A stretch of DNA of 62,083 bases, the filler included, from Asterionella formosa (Eukaryota): the NCBI GenBank assembly GCA_002256025.1. It is 28 parts of 28 records of this genome, joined end to end, with 100 filler letters (N's around TTAATTAATTAA, not from the genome) between each part and the next. Parts side by side here need not be neighbours in the genome. Positions count along the whole stretch, not along the records: positions 1 to 2,131 come from NKIB01000365.1; positions 2,232 to 4,362 come from NKIB01000366.1; positions 4,463 to 6,593 come from NKIB01000367.1; positions 6,694 to 8,823 come from NKIB01000368.1; positions 8,924 to 11,050 come from NKIB01000369.1; positions 11,151 to 13,281 come from NKIB01000370.1; 22 more parts are not named here. One strand, given 5' to 3'. Both the position numbers and the translations under genes were made by a program. The notes beneath the pieces are model-generated. The model saw only the letters and a program-made list of their open reading frames with translations, searched no databases and had not been told where the DNA came from. Positions 1-11,409 of this stretch are shown piece after piece (the stretch's first letter is position 1; each line of letters begins with the position of its first letter).

Positions 1-1175
1 ACCAGGAGAAAGAATGTCTATTGGTATTAGCGGACCCTACGCAAAATCCGCTGTGGGAAATCAGTATTGGGTGATGGCCATGGACGATTATACAAGGAAA
101 CGCTGGAGTTATTTTATCAAGAAGAAAAGTGACTTTGGAACTGTCATTGAAGCGTTACTTACAAAACTTGCTGGTGCAGTACATAAGACTAAATTTGTCC
201 GATGTGATGACGCAGGTGAGAACTCCAAGCAACCAAAGAAAGTATGTGAAAACCAAGGTGTCAAGATGGAATTTACGGCACCTCATACTCCGCAGCACAA
301 TGGTGTTGTGGAAAGTGGTTTTGTTACAGTGCGTCAGAGAGCACTCGCTATAATGCTAAGTGCGAAGTTTCCAAATGAATATCAGGGGCTATTGTGGGCA
401 GAAGCGGTACATACTGCGACAAGATTGATGAACAGTACAGTGAATTCAGTGATTAAGAAGAGTCCCGATGATGTGTTCTATGGAGAAACGAATACAAAGC
501 GGCCCTACAAGCTCTACAGGCAATTTGGAGGTGTTGGATGGGTTACTATAAGAGAAGGTGTCAAGAAATTAGATGCATTTTCCATCAAGTGTGTCTTTTT
601 GGGATACTCAGATGACCACTCCCAAGATACATATTGCATGTATAATCACGAGACAAACAATACTGTGGTCAATACACCTGTCGTTAAGTGGAGTGAGTGG
701 CATGGGACAAATGTACCAACAGATAGACTAGAGAAAATGTTCAAACCAGTCACCAACCAACAGGATACGGAGATATCAGAACGAGAAGATAATGAAGAAT
801 CGCATGACGAGTTTTATGACGAGTTCGAAAGTCGAGAAGTGTCGGACAATGAAGATGAAGATGATGACAAGCAAGAATTGGGGAGGAAAACTGAACAATC
901 AACTAAGATAGATGGTACTACGAAAACTGAAGATACAGGTACCAATACCCCAATTGTGAAGACTAAACGTGCAGAAAGTGCTCAGTCTAAGCAAGCGAAA
1001 TTGGCATGTGAAATGCGAAGATTGGACTCATTGTTCAATCCTACGAGTGCAAAAATTGTGAAATTTTCAGGAGATACTGAGATGCCGTGTGTCATCGAGG
1101 AGGATGACGACATGAAAAGGAAGTTACGAAGAATACACAGCTGAATTTTTTGTACAATGCAAGTCTGCCTTCCCA
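1..1175 (+). mobile_element. Ty1/copia LTR retrotransposon fragment (integrase core and linker), truncated before RT
   Basis: ORF 14..1144 has rve motifs (GPY...YWVMAMDDYTRKRWSYF, VRCDDAGEN, FTAPHTPQHNGVVES, LWAEAV, KCVFLGYS). It frameshifts to NFLYNASLPS and similarity then stops. Confidence 0.92.
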
Positions 1176-2131
1176 CGGGCTGGCTCTCTCTTCACGTAGA
1201 CTCTTACGTGCTCGTAGTACTACCTAGTACCACTTACTTTCTCTCTTGTCTCTGCTTCTAGCCTTCCTGCTAGATAGACTCATTGACCTTCCTGTCAATT
1301 AACACACTGTTTCCTCTGTTGATAAGAATCTAAACTCAAATAAAATTATAAGCTAAACTAGCTAAATGTTTCCTTTCCATGCATCTTTGCTTCCCGCAAA
1401 GTCCTTCTAAGACTCTCTTCAAGTTTCCAGCATTTCCATGGAAATCTTCAATCTTTGATCTTGTTAGACAGCTGATTGACGTGGCAATGCAATATTCTAC
1501 TCGTTCGATTACAATCGAGTCCACAATCCTTGTGACTCGGGCTAAAATTCTTGACATTCTCATAGGTTGAATTGAATTTACTGGCCTGCTCCAGCAAGTT
1601 GCGGTCATTTTGCTTAAACTAACATTTTAATCTGGGAAAAAATAGCTAAATCTTTAGTTCCAGCAAAATTAACGCAACTTGCAGATTGGCTGGAGTACCC
1701 AGTCACATCTGAACTGCATGTATTACGGTACCGTAATTGGTAAAATTAAATCCAAGTTGTATTTTCCTTTAGCCCTCTGCTATGTGTCTACTCGGTCATT
1801 TTAATACTACTGGCATGGTATTGACCTGAAAATACAAGTGGAAGGACCGTGTTGTAACAGTGTTTCACTGCGGGTTTAATTTTTTGGTTTAATTAAACCA
1901 AAACTGTACTCACGATCATCGTAGGAATATACACTGTACGAGTACATATCAGATATTACACGGTAGCTACCAGGTACCACCTGGTATGGTACCAGGGCAC
2001 CGTACACAAAAATTAAACCCCATCCTCATTTATGTACCATTGGTACCTGGTACCTGGTACCAGGTATGGTACCATGGTACATGAATGAGGTATGCAGCAT
2101 CGGTAGACTACAGGTACTTCTTACCTGCAGG

Positions 2132-2231
2132 NNNNNNNNNNNNNNNNNNNNNNNNNNNNNNNNNNNNNNNNNNNNTTAATTAATTAANNNNNNNNNNNNN
2201 NNNNNNNNNNNNNNNNNNNNNNNNNNNNNNN
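2132..2231. other. Artificial contig spacer (first of 27): 44 N + TTAATTAATTAA + 44 N
   Basis: Identical 100-bp spacers start at 2132, 4363, 6594, 8824, 11051, 13282, 15506, 17732, 19955, 22178, 24401, 26622, 28843, 31062, 33280, 35498, 37713, 39930, 42147, 44363, 46579, 48796, 51011, 53226, 55441, 57656 and 59870. The core gives stops in all six frames. Contigs are about 2.1 kb and roughly size-sorted. Confidence 0.99.
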
Positions 2232-3976
2232 CGTGAAATCAAATCCAAGTCGCCTCGGAGTGCAAAGACAGACAATGCTGCATTGAAAATAAATCTCATT
2301 CCTTCAGCTGCTCGCCCAGACAACTTCGTCGTGGCAAGCTGGTCGCTGGCCACATCTTGTGCCGCCCAATCAAGCATACGAAAGATGGCAACGCTATTGC
2401 TGATCGATGCCTTAATTGCGTTGCGATACGTCATGGCATCTCTTGGAATGCGGTTTCGTCGCATTTGATGCAACAATTCACTCGCCGCATCATCTGTGTT
2501 CGACCATTCTTGTTCCTTTCCTTTCTCGAAATACTCCAGAACAACTCTTCCTTGTTCGTCTCTCAAGACGGTACCAAACTCATCCATAACAGAAAGAGCA
2601 GTGTTGTAACTGACAGTATCAGGTTCGGTATCAAGTCCCTCTTTGTCATGCAGTTGTTGCATTGTTTGCAACAGCGACAACGCCATTTGGATTCGATTCT
2701 GTCTACTTTTTCGGCTCGACGAGACACACGCAGAAAGTGCTGCGTTGTAGACCCACGTGTTTGGTTCTGTAAAATTTCTCATCCGATTCAATAATTCCAA
2801 TGCCGTGTCATATTCATTGCAGCGCGCACACGCCGAAATGGCGGACGAGTAGGCATACACGTTGGGTACTGGAAAGGCCCATTTCTCAGTTTGAACGGAC
2901 TGTTCCATGGCATGTAACAACGACAGTGCTGCTTTCCACTGGTATCCCTTATCAAAAGTGCTCATGATAGTGCTGCACGTTACAATATCGGGTGATAATC
3001 TGACAAATTTCATATACTCCAATAAATCCATGGCGGCCTGAGATCCAAAGTGTCGTCGTCCAGAGGATCCAAATACCAAAGTCGCTCGTTCGTTCAAGCG
3101 CAGGGCTGCACAGCAAACAATATTGTTGGGTTCAACACACGACTTGAGTACTTTCATGCCCTCTTCAAATTGCCAACATGGCGATTTTCCTTCTTTCCAA
3201 TTGTTCGTGACTGCCTGTTCATCCACAATGGACTCCGTGAGGAGGTTCAACAGAGTGCTGGCTGTATATGCATCTCCTTGTATGCCAGACGTTTGATATA
3301 GCTCTAGCGCCGCTTTTAATTTCTGTCGACTGCCCAATGCCTTGAGCATTGTATTCAATTCAAAGGCCCCGAGTGGACATGATAATAAGTGAGGATGCTC
3401 GACGGCTAGTTTCCACACTTGCTTCAATTTGTTAACATTGGCTGCTGTACGCGACAATGATTCTACAGCCTCCCCAAAGATGCGAGGCGACAAGAGCGCT
3501 TGGTTTCCTTGACAAAATCCGATCGCTGCCTTGACCAGCGCGAGAATGAGTCGATAGTCTCCAGAGGTGGATGCTGATCGGATTGACTGAACCATGGATC
3601 GTTCCAGCGCTTCTATAAGGAGTGCTTGGTCGTCGCCCACCAGGCTAGGTGGGTTCTGTAAAAAGTAGACAAGCGATTTGATTGGTTTGGTGACGTCTCC
3701 GTTGTTGGTAATGGCTTTGTGGATGTTGTAAACATAGGACCAGAGAATTTCAGTGACAGTTCTTGAATCGTCCATTGGCAATCTGCGCTCAAATGTCCTC
3801 GTAGGTGCGGTTTGTACTGACAAGGAGCTCTTCGAATTGGAGCATGTTGATGACGACCGAGGCAGTATTGAGCTTCGCCGTTGACTTGCAAGCGGTACAA
3901 ATGCGGTGTTTGAAGAAAGTAATAGAGGCACCATTAAGCATTTCACAAAAAGTCGTGTAATACGTGCCGCCTTCAT
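2232..3976 (-). CDS. Pentatricopeptide-repeat (PPR) protein with probable plastid-targeting presequence, 3' partial
   Basis: PPR motifs PDIVTCSTIMSTF, PNVYAYSSAISAC, PNTWVYNAALSAC, PDTVSYNTALS. From ATG 3976 there is a hydrophobic segment ending SNTA-FVP (ASAFAP-like), followed by a Ser/Arg-rich transit-like stretch. Confidence 0.9.
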
Positions 3977-5117
3977 CTTGCGAATCAGGATCAGTTCGTC
4001 GCTGGAACAGAATGCAGGGACAGCGAGAGAGCCTTCAAGACAAGCTGTGATTCCCTGCGGTGGACAACGCGTGCAATTCGGGCTTTTAGTATTTGCTATT
4101 GAACGACCATATGATGGAGCTGGAAGAACATTTTTATGCATAGAATCATGATCGAACGAGCAGATCATCGAGGCTGCAAAATATTTGGGACGAGGCTACC
4201 GTAGATACATAACGGTATGGAAACACGTACAATGTACTCGTAGTACTAACAAGGCATCAAAAAGCAGGACACATTATATTCATTGACATATTTTATTCAC
4301 TTTTGCTTTGTGAATTCCTCAAAATCAGCCATCAACAAGCGATGATGCATTTATCTTTGTTGNNNNNNNNNNNNNNNNNNNNNNNNNNNNNNNNNNNNNN
4401 NNNNNNTTAATTAATTAANNNNNNNNNNNNNNNNNNNNNNNNNNNNNNNNNNNNNNNNNNNNATCTAATATATAAAATAGGAGTGAACTAAAACAGTTTT
4501 GACAACTGGCATAATTTATTTTAGATACCCACTACTAATTTAGTTGAAATCAGCTGAACATTCAATTGCTTGGTGCTATACATACCTGCTACCCCTAATG
4601 TTGTTTTGCTACTACCAATAATCGAGAAGGTCTACCAAATGATGCCTTAATAATTGTCATCATTGCTCAAAATAAACAATGATGGTCATTGGGTTGCTTC
4701 TGAATAATTATTCCCAATAAATGATTAGCTTAATTAATAAGAAAGCATGTATGTAAGCTTGTCGATGTAGCCATATGCACGGCACACTTTTCCAGTTGCT
4801 ATTGTTGTTTTCCCAACAACCAGGTAATAAATGAACTCACTGCTGCTGCTCGCGTCATGGAATGATGCATGATATGTTATGTGTATTTATATGTCAATTT
4901 CACGTGAACTTCCCCAACATTTCTGTTTGAGGCAAAGAATGGAAGTAGGTCCCACCCAAGGATGAATCAAAATCGGCGTCAGTATTCGCAATCGACCACA
5001 CAACAATTCGTACAGCATCTGACAGTGTTTATACACACAATGCTTCCGTTTTTGGAAAGAGTATAGATATTGATGCCGAGGCACTGTCAAGTGACCTCGT
5101 GCTGTAGTTATGTGGTC

Positions 5118-6011
5118 CTATTCATTGGCTTTCACTACTGCCGCTGTCGCTGCTTGCAACAATGCCCTTCTGGCAGCTCGTTCTTCTGGAGTCGCATGTT
5201 CACGAAGGGCTTGACTTGCCTTGCGACGAGCCACAAGGTTCGTCACGATATACCACTTGTTCGTCGCATCCAATTTCAAAAAGCGACCACCATAAGAATG
5301 AACATAATTGACCAAGCATTGCGACAAATCCGTTTTTTCATTCTTGGGAGATGACTTGTACCATTGCTGCAAGTTTCCGACTTCATCTCGATAGCGTTTG
5401 TTGCCTCGGTGATGATTGGACCGCCCACCGCGACCCAACAACACGTCCAATTCGGTTGGGTGTTCCACATAAACCAAGACGTGAGGTTCCTTTTTGCGAC
5501 GTGCACCACCTCGTTGTTGTTTCTTTTGCTGTTGTGCCTGAACAATCGATCGTTCAATGGCTTGTTGGATCGACCAGTCCAAGGATGCATTACCCGTTTG
5601 AACGTCCAACGACGAGGACACCAAATCCAGCGACGTGCCAGCCAAGACTGCATCGGTACTGGTAGAGTGGGGCGTCAACACCGCCGAAGCAGGACGAAGC
5701 ACCTCGGCATTGTTTTGAGAGGCGGAGCCATTCGCAAAGACCACTCCAAACATTGTATTGTATTCCTTGTCCCAATCCGTAATGGGGACGGGGGGACGAG
5801 CTTTGGGCCGCCCTTCTGATTCCAAGAGGGCCGGGACCTTGTCGTGTTCTTCATTCTCGGAATCTGATTCTTCCTCGGCAAAGACGCGCACCTGGTTGAT
5901 ATCGATCTCGACATGAGACTGAGTGTATTCTGCCACCCAGTCCTTCGATGTGAGCATGTCCATGGTCGTAGACTTGAGTGGACGCTTCCTCGAACTTTCG
6001 TCAGAGCTCAT
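5118..6011 (-). CDS. DUF6824-domain protein (diatom-expanded family)
   Basis: DVLLGRGGRSNHHRGNKRYR...GGRFLK...W...ARRKASQALRE signature. The first true ATG is at 6011; the ORF track starts at GTG 6053. Confidence 0.85.
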   Translation of the reverse strand: MSSDESSRKRPLKSTTMDMLTSKDWVAEYTQSHVEIDINQVRVFAEEESDSENEEHDKVPALLESEGRPKARPPVPITDWDKEYNTMFGVVFANGSASQNNAEVLRPASAVLTPHSTSTDAVLAGTSLDLVSSSLDVQTGNASLDWSIQQAIERSIVQAQQQKKQQRGGARRKKEPHVLVYVEHPTELDVLLGRGGRSNHHRGNKRYRDEVGNLQQWYKSSPKNEKTDLSQCLVNYVHSYGGRFLKLDATNKWYIVTNLVARRKASQALREHATPEERAARRALLQAATAAVVKANE

Positions 6012-6695
6012 GGGGACGACTGGATTGTTGCTGGCCGATGTAGTGAACGCCACTACGCACTTTTAGGAGAGAAAGAAGAACGTCGTTGACCAGGTACCGA
6101 GGCAACGGTGGCCATGCAGGGAAAATTACTCATCATCAGTACCTGGTACCAGGTACCAGGTTCAAGCGAGGTACTGGTACCCGGTACTGTATTCCGGTAT
6201 GTAGATATAGTACGTCTGACAATCGAACAAAATATGCCAGGTAGTTGCTTATGGCTGCGAGAAGAATGTGAAAGAAGTCGTGGAAAGTGTCAGTGCAAAC
6301 AACCACCAAACGGGTGCAAACGGCTGATGGCTGTGTGCCTTTTTGGTGATACTCCGATTGCCCGTATGTATACTCCTTCCTCCAATACACGTACAACCGT
6401 ACCCGTATTTAGTTTACTACCGTGCTGGTAGTCCTACTGTACTCCGTACAGAGCAGTTTATACGATCGGTATCAGGTGTTGCTCATGCATACCAGGACAT
6501 AAATCGGCCTATTATATGCTCTGTCCATGGCGAAATCCAGAGGATGCATGAGCGACGACCCAAGAATGAAATACCGCATGCGTGGATTGCACANNNNNNN
6601 NNNNNNNNNNNNNNNNNNNNNNNNNNNNNNNNNNNNNTTAATTAATTAANNNNNNNNNNNNNNNNNNNNNNNNNNNNNNNNNNNNNNNNNNNNAC

Positions 6696-7703
6696 CTTGC
6701 TCCACTTCCAGGGCTTCAGCCTCTGCGGTGTGAGCAATACCTGGAGGATGTCTACAATGGTATTATCAACATTAGCGATCCAAATGATTTCAAGGTCTAC
6801 GCCCGTCGTATTCAAGGGATAACTGACAATCCATTCTGGGTTGCAGTTCATGAAGAAAAATTTGACAGTGTCCGCTGGGGAAGTATATTTGTGTTGGGAC
6901 GATACTACGAATCGAAAATGAACCAAGCCTTTGTTGATATTCTCCGTCAAAGCTCACCCGAAGCACGTGTCATTGATGTAGGAGGTAACATTGGTTGGTT
7001 TACATTGCTCTCTAGATCCATGGGATTTGCCGTAGAGGCCTTTGAACCCTCAAAGCGAAACTCGGCTAGACTATGTGAATCGATGCGCATGAATCGATGG
7101 TCCAATGTTCTAGAGAAAACATATGACAACATTTTGCCGCTGTCAGGAGGAGGTGCGGGGCGATACGTGAATGTTTATGACGTTGCATTGGGAGAACGTG
7201 ACGGAAACCAAACGTTCAACTTTCATCCAACCAATCCTGGCCAAGGGTCTCTTAGTAAAATGGTAGAAACAAATGTAGACCATCTTTGGAGCCAACATTC
7301 GAAACGGTCAGATGTTGTTGAAGTGGCAACTTTGGACTCCTTTATTCGTAGTAAGGGGTGGTTTGAAGAACCCATTGAGATCGCTATCCTCAAAGTTGAC
7401 ATTGAAGGGTATGAGCCACATGTATTCGCTGGCGCCCAACAGCTTTTGAAATCTCACATGATTAAAAATATATTGCTTGAGCTCTCGCCCGATATGCCTC
7501 GTAACAACAAATCTCCGAACATTCAAATGATAAACAGGATTTTAGAGGCAGGCTACAGAGTTCACATGTTTGGAGGATACCAAGGTCCGAATATGCCAAA
7601 CCCTTTTCCAGCAGCACCCACAAACAAGTTGGCGAAGTTGCTAGTGGAGTTGACTATGGAAAGGAAAGTAAAGCAACTGAATTTGTGGTTCAAGATTGCT
7701 TAA
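6696..7703 (+). CDS. FkbM-family SAM-dependent methyltransferase, 5' partial
   Basis: VIDVGGNIGWFTL, AFEP, VATLDS and ILKVDIEGYE motifs. The frame is open from the contig edge. Confidence 0.9.
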   Translation, partial: LAPLPGLQPLRCEQYLEDVYNGIINISDPNDFKVYARRIQGITDNPFWVAVHEEKFDSVRWGSIFVLGRYYESKMNQAFVDILRQSSPEARVIDVGGNIGWFTLLSRSMGFAVEAFEPSKRNSARLCESMRMNRWSNVLEKTYDNILPLSGGGAGRYVNVYDVALGERDGNQTFNFHPTNPGQGSLSKMVETNVDHLWSQHSKRSDVVEVATLDSFIRSKGWFEEPIEIAILKVDIEGYEPHVFAGAQQLLKSHMIKNILLELSPDMPRNNKSPNIQMINRILEAGYRVHMFGGYQGPNMPNPFPAAPTNKLAKLLVELTMERKVKQLNLWFKIA

Positions 7704-8924
7704 CATTGCAAGGCTTCTGAGCTACACAGCATAATTGATGGAGGAATTTGACAATGGAATTCATGAATTGTATTGCATGGCCTATTGATATTTGGCGTGA
7801 CCTCGGAAGAGGAATCCGTCCCAAAATGGACTTCATCCAGTTGGCGGAGGCCAATCTGATGTCAACCGAATTCTTTTTCATCTCATAGCGTTATTCCATG
7901 GTCAGCTCTGCGTTGTTGTAAACGCTTGGTCAACTCTAAACAACATCCGCTCGTATTTTCATTGTACACAAGTTTCCATTCCCTCAAACCACGTGTTTTG
8001 AATCCTCCTTGCATCCAAAGAAACAAGAGAATTGAATGTGAACTCCTCATAGTCACTAGCATAAATGATCAATCAATGATTACGTTTCACCATATCTGCT
8101 ATGCTAGTTTCATGAATACTGTTTCTCTGGTATCAAGGAACATTCCGTGAAAAATTGAAATTTTTTTATTTATAATACCTTCTTGGCGTGTTTCGAGAAT
8201 CCAGGGTATTGATTGTTGCCAATGTTGGCAGTACTCCCATGTTTGTTCAACCACAGTACAATCATCACTTTGGGATGCTGATCCATTCGTGATCGAATCT
8301 TCATCCAATATGTTTGAAACGTTTTGTCTACTTGCATGAAATGAATGTAATACCATTCCTGGGATGAAATGTTTCATCATTAAAATCAATAAATTGAATA
8401 CCATACTGGTCAAGAAGTTGTTGAGGAATTGTTAATTGTTGCGTTTTCGCTTGAAGTTGAGAGAATCTTTTCAATGGGGGGGGGGGGGGGGGGTGGTGGG
8501 GGGGTAGCATTAGACAATGCTCCCATTCAATCCAGAAGCAAGTCATGTGATTTGTTAGGATAGGGAATGAGAGCGAGTGGGCAGTCGAATTGACAGTGGC
8601 AGGGCCCAGCTTGATGAACAAGAAACAAAAAAACCCTCAGAGGGATGGAACTCTCTATTTTGTGCATACATAGCTATAGTACGTCTTAGATCATATCTCC
8701 TTAACAGGATTACAAGTACTGCGGAATATTCTTCATCTACAATACTTTCTTGGTCTTTTGCTCCTTGACGAAAACCATTTTGGCAAGCCCCTTGATAATG
8801 AGCGATCCCCAAAAGATCTGTAANNNNNNNNNNNNNNNNNNNNNNNNNNNNNNNNNNNNNNNNNNNNTTAATTAATTAANNNNNNNNNNNNNNNNNNNNN
8901 NNNNNNNNNNNNNNNNNNNNNNNT

Positions 8925-9161
8925 GGCGTTACCCAATTTGGCGCCATCCTTCCTGCCGGTACAGGAGGCATTCTTGCCATTGGGGCCACTCAAGAGCACA
9001 TTGTTCCATGCAGCCAAGCCATTATGGGAATGAAGAAGGTCAAGAAGATGACAGTCACTCTCACTTGCGATCACCGCCAAATTTATGGATCTGATGCTGC
9101 TCTCTTTTTGAAAACATTGGCCGATATTATGGAAAACCAGCTGGGCAAACTCACCGCTTAA
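8925..9161 (+). CDS. Dihydrolipoamide acetyltransferase (pyruvate dehydrogenase E2, plastid/cyanobacterial type), C-terminal fragment
   Basis: Manual translation (absent from the ORF track): GVTQFGAILPAGTGGILAIGA...MTVTLTCDHRQIYGSDAALFLKTLADIMEN..., stop at 9159-9161. Contains the catalytic DHRxxxG motif. Confidence 0.9.
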   Translation, partial: GVTQFGAILPAGTGGILAIGATQEHIVPCSQAIMGMKKVKKMTVTLTCDHRQIYGSDAALFLKTLADIMENQLGKLTA

Positions 9162-9615
9162 TACGTCATTAAGTGGACGCCATAGGGTAACAACATGACG
9201 AACCCGCCTCTCCCACAACACACACACAATAAGAATAAATATTTAATTTAGATCCGGCTATTTTATGAAAGATTTCGCAACTCAATTAATCTATTGTTCT
9301 ATGTATGTATAAGAAAATATCTGACGAAGCCCACCACCCCTGCAACAAAAGGTGTGGATCAATGGGAATGTTCCCGATCGAAACCCCCCCCCACTTAACA
9401 CGCTGTCACGGAATTGCAAGTTTACTTGTAAGTGCATAACATTTGGATTCATCTCCAATGGAACCCCACCTACCAAGTATATTGTCCATCGCGAAATAGC
9501 CCCTTTCGATCAAAGTCATCTTTCGTTGACTGTCTGGGAGCAGGAGGAGAGCACCAAAATCACAACCGAAATTCATGAATTTTTACATTCCATTTTTGTT
9601 CATTAACCACATCAT

Positions 9616-11050
9616 TCAGTCATCATCTTCATCGGTTTCTTCCAGCTGTGGATATAATTTCCAGCAGGTTAGTAGCGTGACAGCGACAAGGAAGGATAAA
9701 GGAATAAAGGTAAGGTCCAGTACATGTTCTAGGCCCATCAATCCAACTCCAGAAATGATAACGTCACCCACGACGCGCCCGAACGTTCCTGCCTCCGTCG
9801 TCAATAATCCGGAATTGAACGTTCCCTTGGCCCACCGACGGGGAAGTGTCTTAGACAGAAGGGACATATTGGGCCCTTCCAACATGTTTGCACCGACAAA
9901 TATAAAAATATAACAAACCATATATTGAATTTTCGAATAATGCGACGTGGAGTAGGAGATGATGCCGATGGTTCCCACCAACATCAAGCCCAATGTTCCG
10001 AGAATAATGTCACGGTCTGCGTACATTCGACTCAGTCGAGCCACGCTCATATTAGCAGGAAACATGAGGAGCCCTAGACAAGCAAGGAATCCTCCAGACC
10101 GAGTCACATTCCAATGGAAGTACAAGGTAGTGATCGTCGCTGTGGAACTCATCAAACATTCCAAAACCATCTTAAGTACAAAACAATTGATAAGCGTTGT
10201 CATGGCTGGAATATTTTTCCAAAGTGGAGTCAGTTCTGTGAGTTGTGTGGCGCGTTCGACCGCAACTGTAACTGCGGCACCATTCAGCAAGGGCGTCTTA
10301 TCGTTGATCGAGTGAACTAAGTGTGTTTCATAGCCCTTTCGTTCTGGTTCTTTAAAATGCATCCAACAGGCAATGAGATAGGTCAACCACAAGAAAAACA
10401 TAATGTATCCGGGTGCAGTTTCGACTGTCCACCAAAGGGAGTCTAGTGGATTTTGGGGAGTAGTCAAATTTGCAGCGACTGCCAACGCCGGTCCGGCAGC
10501 CATTCCAAGAGCACTCGCAGTCACAAAGGCTGCACTAGCAGCCGTTCTTTCGGTTCGTGAAAATGCGTCCGCGATGTACCTTCGATTGATGGCTCTTGCA
10601 CCACCAAATCCATTCAGGAGGCGTCCTACCAAGATGAGTGTGACAGAATTGAATGGCAGTGCGAGGGCGTAGAGAATATCCCCCAACATCGCGCATGCCG
10701 CTGAAAATAGGAGGGCATCCTTGTAGGAATGGTTGGACCACCAGCTGTATAGCACCGATGCCACCATGGCAGCGCACGGTGTCATTCCTATAATGACCCC
10801 CGCCAATGCCTCTGACATGCCGAGGCGCGCGGCGTAGTCCCCTGACGTGGGAGCCACAATGTAATAATTGGTCATGTAGAGGAAGGAACTCAAGAGGTTG
10901 AGCACGTCTGAGAATTGGCGTCTTTGACGGCCGTTTTTTCCAATATATTCATAATGCATGGAATCGTTGATGTCAGAGTCTGCGTCGACGATAAAGGCCT
11001 GCACTGCCATGGCTTGGGCATATCCAGAGGATTGCCTGAGGTGGCGCCGC
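9616..11050 (-). CDS. SPX-MFS family membrane transporter (vacuolar phosphate transporter-like), MFS part, 5' partial
   Basis: LNLLSSFLYMTNYYIVAPT, GRLLNGFGGARAINRRYIAD, LEGPNMSLLSK and FNSGLLTTEAGTFGR motifs, with multiple transmembrane segments. Confidence 0.85.
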
Positions 11051-11150
11051 NNNNNNNNNNNNNNNNNNNNNNNNNNNNNNNNNNNNNNNNNNNNTTAATT
11101 AATTAANNNNNNNNNNNNNNNNNNNNNNNNNNNNNNNNNNNNNNNNNNNN

Positions 11151-11402
11151 GTAGGACTGAAGCGCGTCCAGAAAGATACGCTCCTTTTCGGCTACTGTGA
11201 GACGAATGAGTTCCCCACTTTCCGGATCGACGACACAGTATTCCTCGTCAGGAATGCATTCTTCTTCCTGCAAGTTATTCTCAAAGAATCGTCCAGACTT
11301 GGCGTCGTAAGCGATTTCTCTCGTTCCGCTCGTAATGGTGATCTTTTCGTCGCTTCCTTCTTCGGCCATTAAAAGTGGACCAGCAACACGACCAGCTGTC
11401 AT
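11151..11402 (-). CDS. PGRL1: PGR5-like protein 1 (PGRL1) N-terminal fragment lacking a signal peptide
   Basis: EEYCVVDPESGELIRLTVAEKERIFLDALQSY. Near-identical to 45805.. on another contig. Confidence 0.75.
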
Positions 11403-11409
11403 CGTTGTC

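Noticed and set aside
2132..2231. ORFs ending in XXXX/LIN and the TTAATTAATTAA repeat as biology
   Set aside because: These are products of the artificial spacer.
8476..8504. Poly-G tract (and poly-C at 25976-25989) as G-quadruplex or element terminus
   Set aside because: Homopolymer lengths are unreliable and no paired terminus or TSD is visible.
7704..8823. Minus-strand gene from several short ORFs
   Set aside because: Fragmented, with no recognisable motif.
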